A stretch of DNA of 64,000 bases, taken from a bacterium. GTDB taxonomy: Bacteria; SAR324; NAC60-12. Numbering within the stretch: the stretch's first letter is position 1; every line of letters begins with the position of its first letter. The stretch is taken from NCBI GenBank assembly GCA_965205865.1, contig CBDBHR010000029.1, forward strand, positions 817,334-881,333. Direction: 5' to 3'. Shown here one piece after another: positions 10,251-20,293 of this stretch. A program made the position numbers and the translations under genes. The notes beneath the pieces were generated by a model, which made no database searches, was not told where the DNA came from, and was given only the letters and a program-made list of their open reading frames with translations.

Positions 10251-11747
10251 ATGGAGCACTTGGAAGAATTGGCTGCTCACCCAAGCGGAATTGATCTTTT
10301 GAAGGAAAACACTCCCTCTCGGGCGGCGAAAGCGGTCTTTGCAGAGCAGATGGGGGTCGATGAAGATATGATGCGAAAAATCCTGAAAGCGGCGATGAGC
10401 CTGGGGGGCGATTTTGCGGACCTTTTTTTTGAATACACACTGAGAAATTCGATTATCCTGGAAGAAGGGATCATCAAAAATTCGTCAAAAGTTGTCATCA
10501 TGGGAGTGGGCATCCGGGTTCTCAAAGGAGAACAAACGGGTTATGCCTATAGTGAAGATTTGAGTCTGAAACCCATGCTCCATGCAGCCCGCACGGCCGC
10601 TGCCATTGCAACAGGAGGCAAAGTAAAAATCGAAGACGTCGAGCAGTTCAATGAAACGGTTCCTCCTGACTACTACAGAGTCATAAATACTATCAGCGAC
10701 TTGGCCATTGCCGAGAAAATCCGCCTGCTCCGGGAAGTAGAAAAAAATTCTCACAACTATGATGAACGTATTATCAAAGTCACCGTCACTCTGACGGATT
10801 CCATCGAATATATTCAGATTGCAACCTCCGAGGGAAAAATCATACGGGACACCCGTCCTATGTTTCGCATGAGCGTCCAATGCCTTGCGCAACAGGAAGA
10901 GAATATTCAAATTGGATTTTCGGGAGTGGGTGGTCGAGTGGGGATGGATTTCCTGCAGCAAGACAATCATGCCCGCATAATAGGGGAAAAAGCGGCCTGG
11001 CAAGCCATTTTACTGCTTGGCGCTCAGCAAGCGCCTTCCGGGGAAATGCCGGTCATTTTAGGACCTGCCCAATCCGGCATCCTCTTGCACGAAGCAGTCG
11101 GACATCCCATCGAAGCGGATTTCAATCGCAAGGGGACTTCGGCCTACAGTGGTCGTGTTGGAGAAAAGGTGGCTTCTGAGTTATGTACGATTTATGATTC
11201 CGGCCAAATAGAATACGACCGGGGCGCCTTGAATTTTGACGACGAGGGAAACGAGTCACCTGCCAGTACGCTGATTGAAAATGGCATCCTGCGTAGTTAT
11301 ATGCATGACACTATCAGCAGCCGGTATTATCAAGTAGAGGCATCCGGAAATGGACGGCGAGAATCTTATGCTCACTACCCCACTCCACGAATGACGACCA
11401 CGTATCTTGCCAATGGCGAATCGCCGCCGGAAGAAATCATCCGCTCCGTTAAAAAGGGAATTTATTGCGAATCCTTCAGTGGGGGACAGGTGGACATTTC
11501 CAATGGAGATTTCGTTTTTGTGCCCACCGTTGCATACATGGTTGAAGAAGGCAAATGCGCCTATCCCATCAAAAATTTCACTTTAATAGGCAATGGACCG
11601 GATGCCATGTCCAAGGTCACGATGGTGGGAAACGATTTTGCTTTCAGTGAGGGCATCTGGACTTGTGGAAAACAAGGTCAGAGCGTACCCGTGGGAGTGG
11701 GACTACCCACAGTGCTTGTTTCCCGGTTGACAGTGGGAGGTATCTGA
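10251..11747 (+). CDS. tldD: TldD metalloprotease
   Basis: HEAVGHPIEAD, FDDEG, GNGRRESY, CGKQGQSVPVGVG. Confidence 0.93.
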   Translation: MEHLEELAAHPSGIDLLKENTPSRAAKAVFAEQMGVDEDMMRKILKAAMSLGGDFADLFFEYTLRNSIILEEGIIKNSSKVVIMGVGIRVLKGEQTGYAYSEDLSLKPMLHAARTAAAIATGGKVKIEDVEQFNETVPPDYYRVINTISDLAIAEKIRLLREVEKNSHNYDERIIKVTVTLTDSIEYIQIATSEGKIIRDTRPMFRMSVQCLAQQEENIQIGFSGVGGRVGMDFLQQDNHARIIGEKAAWQAILLLGAQQAPSGEMPVILGPAQSGILLHEAVGHPIEADFNRKGTSAYSGRVGEKVASELCTIYDSGQIEYDRGALNFDDEGNESPASTLIENGILRSYMHDTISSRYYQVEASGNGRRESYAHYPTPRMTTTYLANGESPPEEIIRSVKKGIYCESFSGGQVDISNGDFVFVPTVAYMVEEGKCAYPIKNFTLIGNGPDAMSKVTMVGNDFAFSEGIWTCGKQGQSVPVGVGLPTVLVSRLTVGGI

Positions 11748-11753
11748 AGAGCA

Positions 11754-12713
11754 ATGTCTCTGCCTCAACCACTTGCCCACATTCCTGTGCTGAAAAAGGA
11801 AATTCTCGCCCACGTCCCTCCCCACTCGAAAAAAATCCTCGATTGTACGGTAGGAGGTGGAGGCCACAGTGAAGCCTTGCTAAAGCAGTTCAACCGTGCG
11901 CAACTGTTGGCAATTGATCGAGATCCCATTGCTCTGGAGATTGCCAGCTCCCGATTGCTCCCTTACAAAACCCGCTTTCAACTCCATTATTCTCGATTTT
12001 CCGAACTGGCGGAAAAACTTGCTGAACGTTCATGGAAATTCGACTTCATTGTTGCCGATCTGGGAGTTTCTTCTTTTCAATTGGATCAACCGGAGCGGGG
12101 TTTTTCTTTCAGTCATGATGGTCCTCTGGACATGCGGATGGATCCCAAATCCGAAGAGAAAGATGCCGCACAATGGATTAATCATGCCAGCGAGCAAGAG
12201 TTGGTTACGATTTTTCAACGATTTGGAGAAGTGCGATTTGCCCGGAAAATCAGCCGTGGCATTGTCCAAAAACGAGAAGAAGAAAAATTCTCTTCCACGC
12301 GACAGTTGGCGGCCTTTGTCGCTTCTCTCATTCCTCAGCGATTTCACAAAAAGAAAATTCATCCTGCAACCCAGGTGTTTCAAGCCTTGCGAATTGCAGT
12401 CAATGATGAACTCCAAGAAGTGCGGACAATGTTGCAAACCGTATTTCCATATCTCAATGCAAGGGGGCGCTTGGCATGCATCGCGTTTCATTCGCTGGAA
12501 GACCGGCTGATCAAACGGCAATTTCAGCAATGGGGAAACCCATGCCAATGCCCACCGGAGTTGCCATACTGTGTTTGTGGGCTCCTGCCACTGGGGAAAA
12601 GGGTGGTGAAACGCCCTATAGTACCCACCACTGAAGAAATCGAAAACAACTCACGAAGCCGGAGTGCCAAACTGCGGATCTTTGAGCGATTCGGAGAGGA
12701 TCCGGCAGAATGA
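11754..12713 (+). CDS. rsmH: 16S rRNA m4C1402 methyltransferase
   Basis: HIPVL, DCTVGGGGHS, DLGVSSFQLD, PLDMRM, FHSLEDR, RSRSAKLR. Confidence 0.96.
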   Translation: MSLPQPLAHIPVLKKEILAHVPPHSKKILDCTVGGGGHSEALLKQFNRAQLLAIDRDPIALEIASSRLLPYKTRFQLHYSRFSELAEKLAERSWKFDFIVADLGVSSFQLDQPERGFSFSHDGPLDMRMDPKSEEKDAAQWINHASEQELVTIFQRFGEVRFARKISRGIVQKREEEKFSSTRQLAAFVASLIPQRFHKKKIHPATQVFQALRIAVNDELQEVRTMLQTVFPYLNARGRLACIAFHSLEDRLIKRQFQQWGNPCQCPPELPYCVCGLLPLGKRVVKRPIVPTTEEIENNSRSRSAKLRIFERFGEDPAE

Positions 12714-12919
12714 GGAGATGTCCCATTCAAAGAGAAAAAGGGGAAAAAGTTGCCCGCTTAAAATAGACTCGGCAGGAAACATTCCGGAATTCTGCAGAAG
12801 AGGATGAATTTGGATTGCTAAAAATATGTTTTGGATTTATATTGAAATCTGCTTTATCCGCAGTGACAAGACTGCCAATCCTTTCCAATGCTTGTTGACC
12901 TCTTTCAAGAAGGAACACC

Positions 12920-14374
12920 ATGAAAAATCTAGAAAACAAAAACCTTTTTCGGCAACAGGGATACCTGAACGGAAAATGGGTGGATGCCGATAACAACGCG
13001 GTGATCGAAGTAACGAATCCGGCAACCGGCGAAATCCTGGGAAGCATTCCCAATATGGGACCCGCAGAAACCCGCAGAGCGATTGAAGCGGCCAACGCGG
13101 CATTTCCCGGCTGGCGCGCCTTGACCGCAAAACAGCGGGCCGCTTATATGCGCTGCTGGTACGATTTGATTCAAGTAAACAAAGACGATCTTGCCTTACT
13201 GATGACCCTGGAACAGGGAAAACCACTGACGGAAGCGGCGGGAGAAGTGCAATACGCGGCTGCTTTTATCGAATGGTTCGCAGAAGAAGCCAAACGGGCT
13301 TATGGGGACATCATTCCCACCCACAAAGCCGATGCGCGAATTGTGGTGACTCGAGAACCGGTGGGGGTCGTGGCGGCAATCACTCCCTGGAATTTCCCAT
13401 CGGCAATGATTGCCCGGAAACTGGGACCAGCAATTGCGGTGGGTTGTACAATGGTTTTCAAACCGGCCAAATACACTCCATATAGCGCCTTTGCCCTGGC
13501 CTATCTGGCGGAGCAGGCAGGGATTCCCGAAGGGGTCATCAATGCGGTCACCGGGGAATCGGTACCGATTGGTAAAGAACTGACCTCCAACCCCCTGGTA
13601 CGCAAAGTGACCTTTACGGGATCCACCGGAATTGGAAAAAAGCTGCTGGAACAATCGGCTCGCACCGTTAAGAAAGTTTCGATGGAATTGGGGGGGAATG
13701 CCCCTTTTATCGTCTTTGATGACGCGGATCTGGAAGCCGCTGTGACTGGAGCCGTGGCTGCCAAATATCGCAATACCGGACAAACCTGCGTTTGCACCAA
13801 CCGTTTTTTTGCGCAGTCCGGGATCTATGAAACGTTTGTCGAAAAGCTTTCGGAAAAGGCGCGCAACCTGAAAGTAGGTAGTGGCCTCGAAGAAGGAGTG
13901 ACTCAAGGTCCTCTGATCGATATGGCAGCAGTCGACAAAGTGGAATCTCATATCAAAGATGCCCTGGCCCAGGGTGCTCGACTAACAGCAGGCGGGGAAA
14001 GACACGCGCTGGGAGGTACTTTTTTTCAACCAACGGTGCTGCGCGACGTCACTCCCAGCATGCGAATCTGCCGGGAAGAAACGTTTGGCCCTGTTTCCGC
14101 CGTCTGCAAATTTGAAAGCGAAGCCGAAGCCATAGCCCTGGCCAATGATACTGAATTTGGTCTGGCGGCATATTTCTATACCCGGGATCTTGGCCGGGCA
14201 TGGCGAGTCGGTGAAGCCTTGGAGTATGGAATCGTGGGGATCAATGAAGGGATCATTTCTACGGAGACGGCTCCCTTTGGCGGTTTCAAGGAATCCGGAA
14301 TTGGTCGGGAAGGTTCCAAATACGGTATTGATGATTACACCGAAATCAAATATATGCTGATGGGCGGTATCTAA
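12920..14374 (+). CDS. gabD: NAD(P)-dependent succinate-semialdehyde dehydrogenase
   Basis: ITPWNFP, FTGST, MELGGNAP, GQTCVC, EETFGP, GREGSKYG. Confidence 0.92.
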   Translation: MKNLENKNLFRQQGYLNGKWVDADNNAVIEVTNPATGEILGSIPNMGPAETRRAIEAANAAFPGWRALTAKQRAAYMRCWYDLIQVNKDDLALLMTLEQGKPLTEAAGEVQYAAAFIEWFAEEAKRAYGDIIPTHKADARIVVTREPVGVVAAITPWNFPSAMIARKLGPAIAVGCTMVFKPAKYTPYSAFALAYLAEQAGIPEGVINAVTGESVPIGKELTSNPLVRKVTFTGSTGIGKKLLEQSARTVKKVSMELGGNAPFIVFDDADLEAAVTGAVAAKYRNTGQTCVCTNRFFAQSGIYETFVEKLSEKARNLKVGSGLEEGVTQGPLIDMAAVDKVESHIKDALAQGARLTAGGERHALGGTFFQPTVLRDVTPSMRICREETFGPVSAVCKFESEAEAIALANDTEFGLAAYFYTRDLGRAWRVGEALEYGIVGINEGIISTETAPFGGFKESGIGREGSKYGIDDYTEIKYMLMGGI

Positions 14375-14625
14375 CGAGTTTCGCTACTTCTTCGTAAGCA
14401 GTCAATGCAATGTCGGCCTTCGTTTTTCCGGATTTTTTAACAGGAACAACGGAGGCGACACTTTCCATTCTGTAACTCGACACTAAAAATTCTTCGTCCC
14501 TGTTGAATTGACAGGCATGAATCTCCTCTCAGCTAAAGGGAGGTGGGGGAGAATTTCCACGTCTGAAAAAATTCGCTCCGGAATGGCGCGTAGTTGTGTC
14601 TGGTGTTGAGTTCGACGCTTGATTG

Positions 14626-15015
14626 TCATTGAATTTCAATCGTAGCGCCAGCAGCTTCCAGTTTTTCTTTGATTTCATCCGCTTCGGCTTTAGGAATTCC
14701 TTCCTTTACAGGTTTCGGTGCCGATTCGACGAATTCTTTGGCTTCTTTCAATCCCAGTCCGGTAAGGGCGCGAACCTCTTTAATGACATTGATCTTTTTT
14801 TCTCCAAAAGAGGCGAGGATTACGTTGAATTCATCCCTTGCTTCTTCAACCACTCCCACTGCTTCTCCTTCTCCGGCAGCAGGGACCGCGACCGTGGTGG
14901 CAGCGGCAGCGCTGACTCCGAATTTTTCTTCCAGTTCTTTAACCATCTCCGATAATTCCAGAACGGACATACCGGAGATAAAATCAATGACTTGTTCTTT
15001 GCTGATTTCAGGCAT
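14626..15015 (-). CDS. rplL: 50S ribosomal protein L7/L12
   Basis: [30 protein letters not shown]. Confidence 0.98.
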   Translation of the reverse strand: MPEISKEQVIDFISGMSVLELSEMVKELEEKFGVSAAAATTVAVPAAGEGEAVGVVEEARDEFNVILASFGEKKINVIKEVRALTGLGLKEAKEFVESAPKPVKEGIPKAEADEIKEKLEAAGATIEIQ

Positions 15016-15027
15016 GGTTTTTCCTTT

Positions 15028-15564
15028 TCATGAAACGTTATTTTTTGCATCCGCTATCGCGGACAAAGTACGGACAAATTTTGCGGGTATCTCATTGAGC
15101 AGGCGAACAAATTGAAAGATGGGGGCATTGAACAGGAAAAGCAGTTTTGCCGCTAGTTCTTCTTTGGAAGGCAAATTGGCCAGGGTGTTGACCTCCTCTG
15201 GCTGAAGCAAGGAGAATTTCCCTTCACTGCGCAACAAACCCATTTTGACCTGCAATGCTTCATTCCTTTTTGCGAACCCACTGACGACTTTAGCCGGCCC
15301 AATCGCGTTTTTGTAACTGAAGACCAGCGCGCGCGTATCCAAAAACTGCTCTTTCATGCCCTCAAACGGGGTTCCTTCCAAGGCAATAATTGCCAACGTG
15401 TTTTTCACAATGCGCATCTTGGAATCCGTTTGGTTGAGTTCCTTACGCAACTCCACCGCCTTATTGGCCGACAACCCCTTGGGGTCCACTAATACGGCCG
15501 ATGCAACACTGCTGAATAACTCTCTCAACTCCGTTACAATAGCTTCTTTGGTTGATTTTTCCAC
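15028..15564 (-). CDS. rplJ: 50S ribosomal protein L10
   Basis: VKNTLA, LPSKEELAAKLL; position upstream of rplL. Confidence 0.96.
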   Translation of the reverse strand: MEKSTKEAIVTELRELFSSVASAVLVDPKGLSANKAVELRKELNQTDSKMRIVKNTLAIIALEGTPFEGMKEQFLDTRALVFSYKNAIGPAKVVSGFAKRNEALQVKMGLLRSEGKFSLLQPEEVNTLANLPSKEELAAKLLFLFNAPIFQFVRLLNEIPAKFVRTLSAIADAKNNVS

Positions 15565-15674
15565 ACTACCTCACAAAATAAAGCGAATCCTGCCTTCCGG
15601 ACAGAATCCGATTATGGTTAAAAACGATTAAAACAGAGACAGGCAAAGAAGAAAGAAAAATCGGCAGGATATTT

Positions 15675-15736
15675 CTTGTCTCGGCGGGGTGGGATTTTAA
15701 GCCTTCAGATCAGAGGGCCCCTGCTGTCTTCGACAA
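15675..15736 (-). promoter_or_regulatory. L10 leader (ribosomal protein autoregulatory RNA)
   Basis: Minus strand GAAGACAGCAGG...TTAA...CCCGCCGAG between rplA and rplJ. Confidence 0.7.
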
Positions 15737-15839
15737 TCGCTTTAAAATTGGTACAATTTTGGCCTTTTCGAAGAAAGGCGCCGTGTTGAATTCAGATTAT
15801 GCGCTGGTTTTCACTCCTCTCAGAGGGTTGTAATTGGCA

Positions 15840-16529
15840 TTATTGGTTCACAGAAACTTTCAATCCCGGACCCATGGTCGAACTAATGGAAATGTTTTTG
15901 AGATAGATACCTTTTGACGTCGAGGGTTTCAAACGCACCACCGTGTTTACAAAAGTTTTAATATTATCCGACAGTTTGTCTGTTGTGAAAGAAGCCTTAC
16001 CGACTGGAATATGAAGATTTCCCTTTTTATCCACTTTGAACTCCACTTGGCCGGCCTTGATACTCCGGATAACGTTCGTTAGTTCGAATGTGACGGTTCC
16101 CACTTTAGGATTAGGCATCAGGCCTCGTGGTCCCAGGATTCTACCCAATTTACCGACCATGGCCATCATATCCGGAGTGGCAACCACGCGATCGAACTCA
16201 AACCAGCCTTCCTCTTGGATTTTTTTAACATATTCTTCACCCCCCACATAGTCAGCACCCGCATTGCGGGCCTCGAGTAGCTTCTCTCCCTTGGCAAATA
16301 CCAGAACTCGAATCACTTTCCCCAATCCATGAGGTAACGCGCATGTGCCCCGCACCATCTGTTCCGCTTTTCGAGGATCGACCCCTAATCGAATCGCCAC
16401 GTCCACGGTTTCATCAAACCTGGTAGTTTTGACTCCTTTGATTAAATCCAGGGCATCTTCCAAAGGGTATACCTGCATTTTGTCGATTTTTTCCAGGATG
16501 GCACTGTTCCGTTTGCTTCTCTTTTTCAT
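15840..16529 (-). CDS. rplA: 50S ribosomal protein L1
   Basis: FDETVD, LGVDPR, LGPRGLMPNPKVGTV, STMGPG. Confidence 0.98.
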   Translation of the reverse strand: MKKRSKRNSAILEKIDKMQVYPLEDALDLIKGVKTTRFDETVDVAIRLGVDPRKAEQMVRGTCALPHGLGKVIRVLVFAKGEKLLEARNAGADYVGGEEYVKKIQEEGWFEFDRVVATPDMMAMVGKLGRILGPRGLMPNPKVGTVTFELTNVIRSIKAGQVEFKVDKKGNLHIPVGKASFTTDKLSDNIKTFVNTVVRLKPSTSKGIYLKNISISSTMGPGLKVSVNQ

Positions 16530-16596
16530 CAAGACCTCACTTATTGAATGACGATAGGATTGTACACTTTAACTGATTCGAATGAAATTTTCCACA

Positions 16597-17019
16597 TTAT
16601 CTTTCAATTTCCACACCCATGTTCCGGGCTGTTCCTGCTACAATTCGTTTGGCGGCATCAATATCATAGCAATTCAAATCCGGCATTTTGATTTGGGCGA
16701 TTTCTTCCAGTTGGTGCTGAGACAAGGTGCCCACTTTGGCCGTATTTGGAGTGGGGGAGCCCTTTTCAAGCTTGAGCGCTTGCATGATCAAAAACGCGGC
16801 AGGAGGTGTTTTCATGATGTAGGTAAAAGAGCGGTCTGAAAAAACCGTAATAACGACCGGAATGATAGTATCCTGCCCCTGTGTCTGCGCGTTGAAGCTC
16901 TTGCAAAACTCCATGATATTGACCCCGTGTTGACCCAGGGCAGGGCCGATGGGAGGAGAGGGATTGGCCTTGCCCGCAGGCACCTGTAATTTGATGTAAC
17001 CCATTACTTTTTTTGCCAT
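16597..17019 (-). CDS. rplK: 50S ribosomal protein L11
   Basis: [26 protein letters not shown]. Confidence 0.98.
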   Translation of the reverse strand: MAKKVMGYIKLQVPAGKANPSPPIGPALGQHGVNIMEFCKSFNAQTQGQDTIIPVVITVFSDRSFTYIMKTPPAAFLIMQALKLEKGSPTPNTAKVGTLSQHQLEEIAQIKMPDLNCYDIDAAKRIVAGTARNMGVEIER

Positions 17020-17049
17020 AACATTCCACCAAGAATTGTTGATAATTTC

Positions 17050-17754
17050 TTAGATACTTTTCACTTTGTCAAATTCAATTTCAACAGGAGTGGGACGTCC
17101 AAAAATACTGACCAACACTTTCAGTTTTCTTTTTTCCCGATTGATTTCATCAATGGTGCCATTGAAATTATTAAAAGGCCCTTCAGAAATCATCACTTTT
17201 TGTCCCACCACATATTCTTCCTCCAGGACTGCTTGTTGGGCGCCGCTATCAATTTGCTGAACGATTTTTTCCAGTTCTTTTTCATCGAGAGGCAAGGGAT
17301 TTTTTTGAGTCCCTCCTACAAATCCCGAAATTCGGGAAGTGTTCATCAGCAAATGCCACAGTTCCGGTGTCAGTTTGGCCTGAATGAGAATATAGCCTGG
17401 AAAATATTTCTGATTGACGGTTTGGTGTTTGCCTCCCTTCGTTTTTGTCACATTTTCGGAAGGGATGAATATTTGCTGCACCAGGTGTTCCAATTTTTCA
17501 ATGCGCAGTTTTTCTCGAACCGTCTTTTCAACACGAGATTCATACTGCGCGTAAGCCTGCAGGATGTACCACTTGTAATCAGGATCTCTCGCATTGTTTT
17601 CAGCAACCGTTCCGTCAGCAGTCGTTTCAGCAGAAGTTTCTTCAGAAACAATATCGGCAAGATTTTTCCCGGGAACCGATTCATCCGAGATGACTTCTTC
17701 AGACAGGTCCGCGCTCTGCTTTAAAGCTTGTTCCGCTGTTTTTTCCTCAGACAT
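17050..17754 (-). CDS. nusG: Transcription factor NusG with acidic N-terminal extension
   Basis: WYILQAY, FPGYILI, KOW GPFNNFNG, SIFGRPTPVEIEF. Confidence 0.96.
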   Translation of the reverse strand: MSEEKTAEQALKQSADLSEEVISDESVPGKNLADIVSEETSAETTADGTVAENNARDPDYKWYILQAYAQYESRVEKTVREKLRIEKLEHLVQQIFIPSENVTKTKGGKHQTVNQKYFPGYILIQAKLTPELWHLLMNTSRISGFVGGTQKNPLPLDEKELEKIVQQIDSGAQQAVLEEEYVVGQKVMISEGPFNNFNGTIDEINREKRKLKVLVSIFGRPTPVEIEFDKVKSI

Positions 17755-17762
17755 CGAGTAAC

Positions 17763-17951
17763 TCAAGTAGAAATAATCAATTGCATTAGCTCAGAGAGAC
17801 CCAAATCCACGATTCCCAAAAAGAGCGAAATGGTGATGGTCACCCCAAGCACCACGTATGTCGATTTAATCGTGGCTTCGCGGGTCGGCCATTGGATGCG
17901 CTTGAATTCTGAACGAACATCTTCTAAAAATTGCCTTATTCTTTTAAACAT
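17763..17951 (-). CDS. secE: Preprotein translocase SecE
   Basis: FLEDVRSEFKRIQWPTR plus one TM helix. Confidence 0.93.
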   Translation of the reverse strand: MFKRIRQFLEDVRSEFKRIQWPTREATIKSTYVVLGVTITISLFLGIVDLGLSELMQLIIST

Positions 17952-18019
17952 ATCCTCTTCTCCGAGCCAGGTTTCTCCCTTTTTCTGAAAATACCTCGTT
18001 TCCGGAAGAGTGGGAGTGA

Positions 18020-18095
18020 TGGCAGGCCAGACAGGAGTCGAACCTGCGACCCTCGGTTTTGGAGACCGATGCTCTGCCAACTGAGCTACTGGCCT
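18020..18095 (-). tRNA. tRNA-Trp (CCA)
   Basis: AGGCCAGTAGCTCAGTTGG...CTCCAAA...GGTTCGACTCC...CCA. Confidence 0.96.
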
Positions 18096-18132
18096 ACTTG
18101 ATTCTATTTAAACAATGCCACCATGCAGAAAG

Positions 18133-18297
18133 CTATTTGGTTTCCTTATGCATCGTGTGGCGACGATCCCACTTGCAATACTTCATAATTTCCATACGGC
18201 TTTGCTTCAGACTTTTGTTGCGGGAAGTCGTATAATTTTTACGATTGCATTCCTTGCATTCGAGTTGAATGATATCTCGTTTACTTTTTCCTGCCAT
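18133..18297 (-). CDS. rpmG: 50S ribosomal protein L33 (Zn-type)
   Basis: RDIIQLECKECNRKNYTT..KYCKWDRRHTMHKE. Confidence 0.96.
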   Translation of the reverse strand: MAGKSKRDIIQLECKECNRKNYTTSRNKSLKQSRMEIMKYCKWDRRHTMHKETK

Positions 18298-18312
18298 AAT
18301 TTCCTCTTCTAC

Positions 18313-18387
18313 TGGAGCCTGGGAGCAGGATTGAACTGCCGACCTCTTCCTTACCAAGGAAGCGCTCTGCCACTGAGCTACCCAGGC
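18313..18387 (-). tRNA. tRNA-Thr (GGT)
   Basis: Cloverleaf, anticodon loop TTGGTAA, 3' CCA. Confidence 0.96.
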
Positions 18388-18498
18388 AAATCCGCTCTTT
18401 TATGCTGATCAAACAATCGAAACCCACCTCGAGATGACAGGCCTGGGTTGTCTCAGACTTCAACTCCGTTTAATAGATTTGCTCTTTCGTTATATATG

Positions 18499-18583
18499 TG
18501 GTGGGGAGAGAAGGAGTCGAACCTTCGAAGGCTTCGCCGTCAGATTTACAGTCTGATCCCTTTGACCACTCGGGAATCTCCCC
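18499..18583 (-). tRNA. tRNA-Tyr (GTA)
   Basis: 85 nt with long variable arm, loop CTGTAAA, 3' CCA. Confidence 0.96.
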
Positions 18584-18645
18584 AATACTTTGACTTCAGA
18601 AAGGTTTTCTTCTTGGCTGCCAGCCATCGACCTTTCTTTTTTAAC

Positions 18646-18721
18646 TGGAGCTGGCAAAGGGACTTGAACCCACAACCTGCTGATTACAAATCAGCTGCTC
18701 TACCAATTGAGCTATGCCAGC
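18646..18721 (-). tRNA. tRNA-Thr (TGT)
   Basis: Cloverleaf, loop TTTGTAA, 3' CCA. Confidence 0.96.
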
Positions 18722-18730
18722 AAAACTGAT

Positions 18731-18760
18731 ATTTTTATGTTAAAAATTCGAATTTGTCAA
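18731..18760 (-). promoter_or_regulatory. Probable sigma70 promoter of the tRNA/ribosomal cluster
   Basis: Minus strand TTGACA-17 bp-TAAAAA just upstream of tRNA-Thr. Confidence 0.5.
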
Positions 18761-18784
18761 ACTTAAAAAGAAATTCACGAATCT

Positions 18785-20284
18785 TCAAATTTTGAGATGG
18801 CCTCCAATGTAAGCCATCAATCCCCGGGCAGAGGTAAAACCAATCGGTTTCCCATCGTCCAGAACCGGAAGGTGGTGAGTTCCGGCAATCACCATTTGGT
18901 TGAAGGCAAAAGCAATGGAATCCTTTTGATCCACGCAAACCGGATTGGCGCGCATCAATTGAGAAACGGGGAGGGTTTTCAAGTCCAAACCGCGACCGAT
19001 GATTTTATCGACAACGTCCTCATCCGTAAAAATCCCAATCAGTTTGCCATCCTCATGTACGTGTACACAGCCATAATTTTTTCCCAACATCAACTCAATT
19101 GCATGGGCCACACTGTCTGAAGGCGCCACCACCAACGCTTGTGGAGGCTCGAGGACGCTGATGGGTTCTTCCATGAGATCCTTTTGTCCTCCTTTGGGAA
19201 TCTCCGGAAAAATATCGATATCCTGCAGCTCCGGATCATCGTCCAAATCCTGACCCACCTTGATTGCCGAGATTTCCCATACCTGACCGCTATAAAGCAA
19301 TTGTCGCAAATCGCCGCGGCCTTTTTTCGCCACTTGGTCTTCCACTTTGAAGCTTAGTAAGTCTTCATAGGTACCCCGCTCTTTTTGATACAAAATTCCC
19401 ATGGGAACAGGAAAATCAGGATAATTCAATTGAGATAACAATTCTGCCTCCATAGCATTGCCGACATCATGGACAATCAGGTCTTCTTCACTGATCCCAT
19501 TACCCAAAGTGACTACCTCGGGTTTGAGCTGATCGAGTCGAATTCCCCTGTCTCGATTTTTACCAAAGACGAGGGGTTGTCCATCTTCAAGCTTCAGCAT
19601 TCGCTCTTCGCGGACTGCGCGATTACTCATATATTCAAAGGCATTGTCGTTGAATATATTGCAATTTTGATAAATTTCCACAAACGACGCGCCTTTGTGG
19701 GCAGGTACGGCTTTGAGGATACTTTGCAACCCTTTGGGATCAACGTCGAGGCTGCGCGCCACAAAAGAAGCTCCGGAGGCCAAAGCCAATCGGGTGGGTT
19801 CCAAAGGAAAATCAACCGATCCGAAAGGAGTGCTTTTCGTTGTCTTTCCCAATTCGGAGGTGGGTGAATATTGTCCTTTTGTCAAACCATAGATACGGTT
19901 ATTGAAAAGCAAGATATTGACGTCGACATTACGGCGCAAGATATGGATAAGGTGATTGCCCCCAATGCTCAAACCATCGCCATCGCCGGTTACCACCCAA
20001 ACAGAGAGATCCGGACGGCTCACTTTCAGCCCTGTCGCAAAAGCCGGCGCTCTTCCGTGGATGGTATGAAATCCATAAGTGTTCATATAATAAGGAAAGC
20101 GACTGGAACAACCAATCCCGGAAATGAAAACGATTTTTTCTCGAGGTACTCCGATTTCCGGCATCACCTTTTGGACATTTGCCAAAATGGAATAATCACC
20201 GCATCCCGGACACCAACGTACATTTTGATCAGAAACAAAATCTGCTTTGCTTAATTTTTTCATTTCCAGTGGTTGCGCACTCAT
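18785..20284 (-). CDS. korB: 2-oxoacid:ferredoxin oxidoreductase beta subunit fused to a C-terminal CBS pair
   Basis: WCPGCGD, GIGCSSR, HGRA, GDGD, GLTKGQYSPT; last ~130 aa CBS-like (GIFTDED, HLPVLDDGKPIG). Confidence 0.9.
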   Translation of the reverse strand: MSAQPLEMKKLSKADFVSDQNVRWCPGCGDYSILANVQKVMPEIGVPREKIVFISGIGCSSRFPYYMNTYGFHTIHGRAPAFATGLKVSRPDLSVWVVTGDGDGLSIGGNHLIHILRRNVDVNILLFNNRIYGLTKGQYSPTSELGKTTKSTPFGSVDFPLEPTRLALASGASFVARSLDVDPKGLQSILKAVPAHKGASFVEIYQNCNIFNDNAFEYMSNRAVREERMLKLEDGQPLVFGKNRDRGIRLDQLKPEVVTLGNGISEEDLIVHDVGNAMEAELLSQLNYPDFPVPMGILYQKERGTYEDLLSFKVEDQVAKKGRGDLRQLLYSGQVWEISAIKVGQDLDDDPELQDIDIFPEIPKGGQKDLMEEPISVLEPPQALVVAPSDSVAHAIELMLGKNYGCVHVHEDGKLIGIFTDEDVVDKIIGRGLDLKTLPVSQLMRANPVCVDQKDSIAFAFNQMVIAGTHHLPVLDDGKPIGFTSARGLMAYIGGHLKI

Positions 20285-20293
20285 AAAGCTTTC

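Noticed and set aside
18388-18498. tRNA-Gly at its usual position
   Set aside because: No T-loop, D-loop or CCA pattern; only a short hairpin
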